A stretch of 64,000 nt of DNA from the NCBI RefSeq assembly GCF_000143415.4, contig NW_003314277.1, positions 383,183 to 447,182 on the forward strand. The letters run 5' to 3'. The position numbers and the translations under genes are program-made. The notes below the pieces were generated by a model, which was given only the letters and a program-made list of their open reading frames with translations, ran no database searches and had not been told where the DNA came from. This DNA is from Selaginella moellendorffii. Taxonomy: Eukaryota > Plantae > Lycopodiophyta. Of the stretch, positions 50,004 to 61,592 are shown in pieces (the first letter of the stretch is position 1; every line of letters starts with the position of its first letter).

Positions 50004-51859
50004 TTAGTTTTGAAAGATATGTGTAAATCTTTTAGTTTTATTAATAGAATATAAATGTATAGCCGACCATACTCATGCCCAGATTTATGCACTTTGACTT
50101 TCTAGTCTTTATATTATGTTTATTTTAACTTTATAACTTTTATTTGTGCAGTTATTTGTGATTTTATGTTCTTCAATATATATTTTATAACATTCTGTTT
50201 ATCATATTTAAATTTCAAAGTATTTTGCTTGATATGATTCTATGAAATTCTTTTCATCTAGAGTATATAGAGACTTAAACCTCAATGCCCTATCAAACAA
50301 AGTACAAATTAGTGTTATTTAAGCCAAAGATGTTTATTTACTTGTTTTACCCAAGTAAGTTGAGTTGAGAAATTATATCATGAATAATGTTTAATTTAAT
50401 AAATAATATTTCTGTATTCCAAGCTCTCATAAAACTTAATGTAACATTAAAATAAGACGTTAAGCACTAAATTATATTATTGAGATAATTATTTCCCTTT
50501 GGAATTAAGCTACCCAATTATTAATTTAAAGTGGACAGTAACCTTGTACTTTTTTGCTTAATACTTATTATATACTTAATATAATTTTTTATATTTGACA
50601 TTACTTTGGTTTATATAGTTTATTTATATTTTTTCTGCTATTAAAATCTTATTTATATTTAAAATATTTATTTATTTTAAAAAGTAATATATGAAATTCT
50701 ATTTTTTATATTTTATTACTAATTATTTGTACTCCAGAAGATTTGAAGTCTTAAATCTTCATAACATTTCAAAATTTGCTACTACAATTAGCTTTAATAG
50801 GACAAATTGATGGTTAGAATCTGTTTACCTTTTATGTGGAATTTTTTATATAATAATAGATGCAAAACCTAAAGTGTTGGAGAAAGTAGCTATACGTGAG
50901 TGATTCACTTTTGAGATCTGTGTGCATATCATGTTAAAATGGAAAAATTGCATAAAAGTTGTTTTATTTGTAAATATGCCCAGGCCATTAGACATGGGAT
51001 AAAAATTTTGGGTCAATCCTGACAAAAAAAAGCATTATAAATTGGATTTTGACAAAGTCCTTGTGAACATCATTCACAGCCACAAAAGCAATGGACACTC
51101 TTGCATTGCTAGGAATAGAGGATAGAAGCCATATAAGTTAGCAGCCGTCAAGGCCACTAAAAGCTTACATGAAGACAATAATGTGTGAGTGCAATTGATG
51201 AACTTAATGAAAATCTTAGTATGGTCCAGTGCCTAACCAAGTGCTTGTGACTCAAAACATTCATCTATCTGATTCAATCCCCTTGGGCTGGCTTGTCAAT
51301 CACTAAGCCCCTTGTCATTAGTGGTACTCTTCTTTCACTCTCTATTCTCATTATTGTTCTATAAGGCCACACTTCCAGAGAGAAGCATGGAATGCTTCAA
51401 AAGATCTCATTCTAATGAGTGACAAACATGAAGTGGAGATAAATATAATTTTTCACATGGAATGTTTCATGTTTCCTGGTTACTCTTAAAAAGTACTTAA
51501 ATAAATCTTCTACTCCTTACAACTGGTTGATATAAAATATTAAGTACATAGTATTACCAATAATTTACTAGTTTATTTCATAATTTATTGTTACATCTTT
51601 TGTTTCACGATGCATTCTCTATGTTAGAGTTGAAAAGTTATCATAGACCACTTCCCTTTCCAACATTATCAATTCCTTTATTACTCTTTTTTAATATAAT
51701 ATTACATTATTTAATACTTCCGTATTCCATAAGTTTAGATATAATAAAGAGTTTAGTTGGGACTTTTTGTAAGAGTCCAACTTAGAAGTCTGCTGTGAGT
51801 GATGTTGATCGGCATGCGGCCTCGCAGCTAAGCGGGTGTGGCAAGCAGTGACCTGCAAA

Positions 51860-54800
51860 ATGGGTGTCTCTCCGATTCTCAAGGTCTGGGTTTTGATTGA
51901 TTGATTGATTGATTCTGCTTGATCAGTTTCATACCAGGGCGAGCAGGTTGTCGTCGTGGTTCTGGAGGATGGGCGAGTTACATACTTTGGAACTCAAGGG
52001 TCTCAGGAAACAGGGAGCCTTTGTTTCTCTATTCATCAGTCGCAGTTGTCGGCCAAGTGCTGCGAGCTGGAGTCGGCCCATTTGCATGCTCATGTTCATC
52101 GCGGTGAAGAAATAGAGAAACTCCTACTTGAGCCAGTTAAGTATCGCCTGATAATTTGAAGGTTCCTTTAAGTTTGACAAGTGATCGGCTTGTCAGTGTT
52201 CTGTGCCGGATTTTTCCAGCAAGATGGTGGAGGAGAAAACTCATAAACATGGGGCCGAATGCGGTCATCAACGAATAGCACACGGTGACCATTTCGATTG
52301 GCTCGTTCCGCTGACTGAAGATTCCTTCACCTTAAGTCATGTGCAAGACTCCAAAGAATTTGAGCACGGCCAACTTCTGAAAGTCGGGGAGTCGCTTGCG
52401 AGATTGAACGGCCAGCCGAATCATATGGTGGAAGTGTTCAAGTACGAGGCATCCCAAACTTCTTCACGTATCGATGAGAGTGCTGAGGAGGTGAGGATGG
52501 ATGTCAACGATAAGCAGCCGATCGCTAGAACAAGATTGAACGTTCTTGGGATCTGCTGCGCTGGGGAGATTCCTGCTATCAAAATGATTTTGGAACCGCT
52601 TTCTGGTGTTGAAGACGTTTCAGTAAACTACACAACTCGCACCGTTACTATACTTCACAACCCGTTATTGACACCGGCTTCACAGCTCGGTAAGTTGCTA
52701 GTTTCGATCGATTGGTTCACACTCTTAACAGTTATACACAGCTAAAGCTCTTAATGAGGCTAGGATGGAAGCCAGTGTCCTGCACGAAGGACCACAAAAG
52801 AGTAACCCTGAGTACAAGAGGAGCCTATGGTTACTTGTTTCTGGTGTTCTGCTGGTTCTATCCTTTCTTTATCTGTTTTATCTCCCACTTCAATGGTTTG
52901 CCATTGGGACAATTCTATTAGGAGCTCCTGGGATTGCTCTGAAGGCCGTAATGTCATTGAAGCGCCTGAGACTCGATGTCAATGTGTTAATGCTAATTGC
53001 CAGTAAGCAGGAAGCTGTGTTTTTTCAAGTTCATAACGCTTTTTTGCCTGTGGCAGTTATCGGTGCAATGGGACTACAAAATTATATAGAGGCCGGCTCT
53101 ATTGTATTTCTCTTTTCTTTCGCAGATTGGCTTCAATTACGTGCCGTGAAGAAGGTTTATCGAGATTCATCAAGCTAGTCAAATGCTTATGCTACTTTTT
53201 TCAAAAATCTTTTTGATATTGCAGGCTAATGAGGCCTTGGCTTTTGCTGCGGATCTTGTTCCTCAGAATGCCACACTTGCCGATAGTGGTCTCCCAGTTC
53301 CATTGAAGGAAATCCAGTTGGGAACGCTGATTTCTGTGAAAGCCGGAGAGATGGTTCCAATCGACGGAGTCTTGATTTCAGGGGAGAGCTCTTTAAATGA
53401 GAGTAGTCTAACAGGAGAATCGAGACCTGTCGCCAAGCATGTAGGGGATAATGTTTGGGCTGGCACAGTGAACTTATCTGGTAAGCGGGGGGCTTTTAGT
53501 CAGCTATATCTAAGTATGATCATACATTTTGCAGGATATTTGGTTATAGAGACCATTTCAACAGCGGAAGACTCTGCGCTTTCAAGGATGATCAAGCTTG
53601 TTGAAGAAGCACAAAGCAAACGTACACATACTGAGCAAGTTGTGGAAACATTCGCAAAGTACTACACTCCTGGTAAGCTTTTCTTCCTCTTCCAAGTACT
53701 AACTTCATGTCCCACTTTCCTCGCAGCCGTTTTTCTCGTCGCGACAGCTACAGCACTGATCCCACTTCTTCTGTATACAAGCTATGAGAGCCACTGGCTC
53801 TATTTATCCCTTATCATAGTGGTGGTGGCTTGCCCTTGTGCTCTCGTGATATCCACTCCTGTCACCGCAACGTGTGCAATTGCTGGGGCTGCAAAGCTCG
53901 GGCTTATAATCAAAGGAGGTGACTGTCTCGAGCTTCTAGCAAGTATGAAGGTGGTAGCCATTGACAAGACGGGTACACTCACGGAAGGCCATTTCAGAGT
54001 GCTGGATTTTCATGTTGTTAATAGCACTGAGACCCCCAAGTCGGAGCTCCTACAACGGTAAGCTTCTTGTCTTTTGACGGCAAATGATCTAAAGGAAGTG
54101 TTCAATATAGGATTGCTGGCGTAGAGAGCCATTCCATTCATCCAGTAGCTACTGCCTTTGTTGGATACGTTCGGATACTCGGAATCAAACCTTCGGAAAA
54201 TGTTGCAGACTTTAAGATTTTGGAAGGTGAAGGAGTGTCAGCTGTTGTTGATGGCCACCTGATTGAGATTGGAAACACTAGGCTGGCGTTTCGGCGGAAC
54301 TGGCGCACTTGTACGTGTTGAGTATGATTATATGTTCATTCATACTTTTCTGACATATTGTTGGCACTGGCAGCGATTTTTTCACAGCATCTGGAAGAAT
54401 ATGAAAAGCAAGGCGCTACAATTTGCTGGGTTGGCGTCAATGGCGAACTGGTGGGGCATTTCAGCGCTGCAGACAAAGCCCGATCGGAAGCACGTGAAGC
54501 CATTGAAAACATAAAGGTGCGGTCTGTTCTGTCGAGAAGATAGTAAAACCATATTCTTCTCTTCCTTCCAGAACTCAGGTGTTACGGTCCTAATGCTGAC
54601 TGGGGATAACCAGAATGCGGCTGCTTGCGTGAGCCATCAGGTACTTCCTTGAAGTAACTCTTTTCGTTTTCTTTTCTAAAGCGTTTCGTTTTCCCTTTTA
54701 CAGTTAGGTGGCATTGAGTTTCATGCCGAGCTACTTCCCCGAGACAAAGTCATGATCATTGAACAGCTAAAAGCTTCAGTCGGCACGACAGCAATGGTTG

Positions 54801-55609
54801 GAGATGGCGTGAACGATGCACCTGCATTAGCTGCTGCACATATCGGCATCGCAATGGGAGTTGCCGGCTCCGCCATGGCAATGGAAATAGCGGACATTGC
54901 CTTGATGATGAACGATCTTCGGAGGTTGGCAGTATTAAGAACAGTGGGGAAAAGCTACAGGAATGTGGTCATGCAGAACATATTCTTCTCCCTCTTCACA
55001 AAGCTGGTTGTAGTGGGGCTAGCGGTTGCAGGATATACACCACTATGGGCTGCGGTATTGGCAGATGTCGGAACCTGCGTTTTAGTCACCTTCAACGGTA
55101 TGCAGCTGCTTTTCAAACATCAGAGCTCAAGAATGTCTAAGCCAGAGGAGGCTAGTGACGGTAGCCGGAATGGTTTGAAGGACAGCGATGCAAAGCAGGA
55201 CGCAAAACCATCTGTCACATGCAAAACAGGCTGTTGTGCGGCTTCACAAGCTGGCGGTAGCGAAGAAAAGCAGGATGGAAAACCATCTGTCAATTGCAAA
55301 ACAGGCTGTTGTGCGGCTTCACAAGCTGGCGGTAGCGAAGAAAAGCAGGATGCGAAACCATCTGTCAAATGCAAAACAGGTTGTTGTGCGGCTTCACAAG
55401 CTGGCGGTAGCGAAGATGTTCCCACAAAGCAGGATGCACGCTCTGAGTGCAAGACGGGTTGCTGTAGGCTTATAAAGCCGAAGCTGGTTGCCGATAGTAA
55501 TGTCGACGATAGTAGCCCGGTGGTCAAGACGAAATGTCAGCGCTCTTGTTGCTTTAGAAACAGTGACAAGCAGGGCTTGCAAGTACCACTCCTCGCTGAC
55601 CACGTATGA
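51860..55609 (+). CDS. HMA2: P1B-2 Zn/Cd-transporting ATPase (HMA2/3/4-like) with an extra His-rich N-terminal domain and CC-repeat tail
   Basis: GICCAGE, SLTGES, CPCALVIS, DKTGT, SHSIHP and GDGVNDAP motifs; start exon tentative. Confidence 0.92.
55193..55417 (+). repeat. 3 x 75-bp coding tandem repeat (KQDAKPSVxCKTGCCAASQAGGSEE) plus a degenerate fourth copy
   Basis: Near-identical units at 55193, 55268 and 55343. Confidence 0.95.
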
Positions 55610-55961
55610 TGCTCAAGGTGCCGAACTGCACCACGGTCTGCCTATTTGCTCGTTATGCGACTATCCTTGACAACTAGCTCATACTCTTCAACACTCTCTA
55701 AGAGCAACAACATAAGAGCTTTTGGAGAGCTATCCTGCTCATTATCATCTCATGAACTATCCTGCTGACAATGAGTAAGGGAGCTTTCTCTTACTCCATT
55801 GTGAGCTTGTGCTCACATTAGTGTAAAACTATAAGAATGTTACTGTATGATCTATCCATGATCATATAAGATATCAAAATAACATCTTCCTCGAGATGGT
55901 CTTAATTTAAGTTTAACAGAAGCCCCAAAATATCATATAAAAGAAATCCAAAAGACTGTTT

Positions 55962-58454
55962 TTACTTGTTGAGCGCTTCGGCCATCAACACATAAGCGGA
56001 GCTCTTCCTGTCGTTTAACGAAACCAAAGAGTCAAAAGCAACCTTTGCCACCTCGATATCTTCCACGCTCTTGCACGACCCTAACAAAGTCGTCCATGTC
56101 ACTGCACTCGCCTCAAAAGGCATCGCTTCCACCATAGCCAGCGCTTCCTCCACCCGGTTGGCTCGCCCCAGAAGATCGACCAAGCAGTGGTAGTGCTCGA
56201 TGCTCGGTTGGATCCCAAACTTTCCAGGCATCGCCTCCAAGATGTGCTTCCCTTTGTCAGCGAGGCCGGCATGGCTGCAAGCCGTGAGAACCGATACCAG
56301 AGTGAGCGAGTCGGGCTTGAGATACAGACCAGCACCATTGCTCTCTCCTTGTTCTCTCGCGGCTGCTTCGTCCAGCATCTTCGAGAAAGTCTCGAAAACT
56401 TTGCCGCTGTCTCCCTGCCGAGCATAGGCCGCGATCAAAGCGTTCCAAGTCACTGTCCCGCATGGACCCGAGCAGTCGAAAGTTCGTTGTGCCCCGGCTA
56501 CGCTGCCGCATTTCCCGTATAGATCGACCAAGCAGCTCACCACCACCGGGTCTTGCCCGATCCCGTGCCGGCAAGTTTCCTCGTAGACGGCCTCTCCGGA
56601 TCGCAGGTCCGAGCAGACCGCACAGGCCTTCAATGCGGCAGCGAAAACTCGGACATCCAGGTGACACCCTTCCGACTTCATGAGCTGGAAGATCTCTAGA
56701 GCTGCTTCGCCGTCACCATTCTCGGCGTATCCCAGAACCAGTGTCGTCCACAGAACAACGTCGCGAGTAGCGCTTGGAGCTTTGTCAAAGACCCTGCGGG
56801 CGTCCACCATGCTTCCACACTTTGCGTACATGTCGATGAGGCTGCTGGCAACATAGATACTGGACTGGCAGCCACTTCGAGCACGGGAGTCAACGGCCAT
56901 GCCTTTCTCCAGAGAGATGATCTTCGTGCCAGTCCTTGACTCGACGCTTTCCCTGGACGCGAGTGAAGAACAGGCTCTGATCACACCAACGAACGTCCAA
57001 GAGTCCGCTACGCCGCCACAGCATTGCATGAATTGCTCAAACCAGCCGAGAGCCATTGCGTCATCTCCGTTTTCAGCATACCCGAGGATCAACGCGTTCC
57101 AGCAAACCACGTTGAGCCTCGAAGTTCTGTCGAACACGGCCTGTGAGTCTTCCATGCTCCCACACTTCGCGTACAAGTCGATCAAACTGCTAACAACGTG
57201 AACGTCCATGTCAGAAAAACCACATTTTGAAGCTTCGGAATGAACGCACATACCTCGCTGCAAGCTCTTGATCTTGACAAGTTTACCTTCGACTTGAGTA
57301 AGCTGTTCGATCGAGGCAAGGCCAGAGCAAGCCTTGAGAACTGCCACAAACGTTTGAGAGTTGGCTCCATGGAAGCCGACACCGCTAGCGAAGATCCCGA
57401 AAGCCAGATCAAGCTCATCGTTCTCGGCATATCCTTGTATGAGCGAGGTCCACAAAACCACGTCGTGATCTCGGCCAGGTATCCCATCGAACACTCTGCG
57501 AGCTTCTTCCATCCTTCCACACTTGGCATACATGTCAACCAAGCTGCTCGCTACGAATATATCCGTCTCGGAGCCCGCCATGGAGTGAATAGCCATGCCT
57601 CTCTCGAGAGAAAGCATCTTCACAACCTGTCCGGCAACCAAGCTTGCCTTCTCCTTCACAGCTACACAGCCACAGGCCTTGATAGCAGCGACAAGAGCTC
57701 GACCATCCACCGGGAAGCTCCGGAAGAAACGCTCAAAAATCTCTAGAGCTGTCTCGCCATCTCCGCTTTCCGCATAGCCGGAGATCAGCGCTGTCCAAGA
57801 CACTGCATTTCTCTCGGGCATTCTCTCGAAGATCCTCCTCGCATCGAGCAAGCTCCCACACTTGGCGTACATGTCCACCAAGCTGCTAGAGACGTAGAGA
57901 TCCCGCTCAAAACCATCTTTGGCTGCTTGGGAGTGGAGTGCCATGCCCAGCTCCAGCGATCTCTTCTTCACGAGAACTCTCCCATCCAGAAGCGTCGCCT
58001 CTTCTCGCGCCGCCAACCCAGCACACGCCTTGACAGCGGCAACAAACGTCCGAGAGCTGGAAGAACACCCATTCTCTTGCTGGAACTGCTCGAAATATCC
58101 CAGAGCGATCTCGCTGCCCGGACCCCCAGCCTCGGCATAGCCACCGATGAGCGCGTTCCACGAGACGACATCGCGAAATCCCATGCCCTGGAAGACCTCG
58201 CGGGCCTCCTCCATGCTCCCGCATTTGGCGTACATGCTGATGACGCTGTTGGCCACAAACACGTCCGATTGGAGCAGCCCGCGCTGGATTGCGACGCCAT
58301 GAATCCTCCTCACCTCGCCAAGATCCCTCGACGCGCCGGCGGCCTTGAGCGCAGCGATTAGAGCGCTCTTGAGCGATCTGGTGCCATTGCCGCGGGGTCG
58401 AGAGCTCTGATCGGACCTAAAATCGGGGCAGCTCGCGATCGATTGCGCCAGCAT
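55962..58454 (-). CDS. PLS-class PPR protein with elongated L motifs and a truncated E domain, no DYW
   Basis: Repeated LVDMYAKCGS and VSWNALI motifs; SACSHAG-like, HYHCLVDLLGRA and AYVLM; ATG 58454 preferred over the ORF-track start. Confidence 0.9.
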   Translation of the reverse strand: MLAQSIASCPDFRSDQSSRPRGNGTRSLKSALIAALKAAGASRDLGEVRRIHGVAIQRGLLQSDVFVANSVISMYAKCGSMEEAREVFQGMGFRDVVSWNALIGGYAEAGGPGSEIALGYFEQFQQENGCSSSSRTFVAAVKACAGLAAREEATLLDGRVLVKKRSLELGMALHSQAAKDGFERDLYVSSSLVDMYAKCGSLLDARRIFERMPERNAVSWTALISGYAESGDGETALEIFERFFRSFPVDGRALVAAIKACGCVAVKEKASLVAGQVVKMLSLERGMAIHSMAGSETDIFVASSLVDMYAKCGRMEEARRVFDGIPGRDHDVVLWTSLIQGYAENDELDLAFGIFASGVGFHGANSQTFVAVLKACSGLASIEQLTQVEGKLVKIKSLQRGMCVHSEASKCGFSDMDVHVVSSLIDLYAKCGSMEDSQAVFDRTSRLNVVCWNALILGYAENGDDAMALGWFEQFMQCCGGVADSWTFVGVIRACSSLASRESVESRTGTKIISLEKGMAVDSRARSGCQSSIYVASSLIDMYAKCGSMVDARRVFDKAPSATRDVVLWTTLVLGYAENGDGEAALEIFQLMKSEGCHLDVRVFAAALKACAVCSDLRSGEAVYEETCRHGIGQDPVVVSCLVDLYGKCGSVAGAQRTFDCSGPCGTVTWNALIAAYARQGDSGKVFETFSKMLDEAAAREQGESNGAGLYLKPDSLTLVSVLTACSHAGLADKGKHILEAMPGKFGIQPSIEHYHCLVDLLGRANRVEEALAMVEAMPFEASAVTWTTLLGSCKSVEDIEVAKVAFDSLVSLNDRKSSAYVLMAEALNK

Positions 58455-58511
58455 TGAAAGACATCTCACCTGTAGAGCGTAAACCCTAAAACTAAGAGAA
58501 TAGAGAGAATA

Positions 58512-58585
58512 TGGCCTATGCAGGTTTCGAACCTGCGACCTTGGCGTTATTAGCACCACGCTCTGACCATCTGAGCTAATAGGCC
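58512..58585 (-). tRNA. trnI-AAT: tRNA-Ile(AAT)
   Basis: Reverse complement GGCCTATTAGCTCAGATGGTCAGAGCGTGGTGCTAATAACGCCAAGGTCGCAGGTTCGAAACCTGCATAGGCCA folds as a cloverleaf with anticodon AAT. Confidence 0.96.
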
Positions 58586-58793
58586 TACTTTTAAATTGAA
58601 AAGAATATTCCACTTTAATTGGTGTTTTTAGGGTTTGAGTTTCTTGGAGCTCAGTTCTTAGAGCATGGAATCCAGCAGCTAGCCGATTAAGGTGAAATAT
58701 AGGGGGATTTTGCTATGGAAGAGAAGCCTGGTAAGCTACATTCGATCACTCTACAAGGTCTTTCTCCTCTTGTTTCTTTTGTGAAGATTTTGG

Positions 58794-60769
<1,976 letters not shown>

Positions 60770-61592
60770 AGGACCAACAATCACCCTCTTGCTCGGCCAC
60801 TCGACAACCTTCTCAAAGTACTCGCACGGGACACACCCCTCGAATCCTTCGGTGAGAAGCACATTGTTGTCCGAGACGTAGAACTTCATCCCGTCCGCCA
60901 TAGCCTTCTCAGTGTCGAGGTAAATCAGAACTTGGCAAGAGCTTCTCATTCCGCTGATGACTCCATTCTCGTCAGGCAGGCCCGTGGCGAAGTGGACGTG
61001 GTTTCGTCCCATGACTTTGAGACCACTCTCCAAGATGCTGGGAAGAGCGTGCTTGTAAGTTCCGTGGATACAAACTGGGATCTTGTCCGTGGACGAGATC
61101 TCTCGCAGGAGGTGGTCGGAAAGAACCTCTTTGATCGAGTGCCCCTGGTTTGCGCGGATGTAGAGCGTCCCATCCTCCCGGGTCGTCGAGAAGCGCTGCT
61201 TGTTATCCTGCTTCACGGCCTGGAGAACTTCCTCCACGGAGTGAGAGCTGAGTGGTATCCCAGCTCTAGTTTTCATTCCAATCTTTAAGAGCTCGTCCAC
61301 CTTGCAGTAGCCATCGCTCCGGAGATCCAGATTAAAAGCCGCAGCTTCGTGCCTCAAGATCTTGGTCATCGCTCGGCCTAGAGCATCGATTGGATCGGCC
61401 TCTCCTCCGGATCCTCTTCTGAGTGTTTGTGGGCGATTGGAGAGAGATTTGAATCGAGGCTTACCCGGATTTTTCGAGGACGCCATGATCGATCGGCTGC
61501 ATAGCCAAAACGCCGCTTTCCCGGCCGCTAGCATCACACCCAAGAACAAACTTAGGGCTATGGCTTTAAACTCGTGGCAATGTCACTGGTAA

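Noticed and set aside
55193-55417. Regular repeats as a CRISPR-like array
   Set aside because: No unique spacers; in-frame coding repeat in a eukaryotic gene.
58455-58613. N-terminal extension of the 883-aa PPR ORF
   Set aside because: Non-ATG start that translates through a tRNA gene; not accepted as protein, though noted as a finding.
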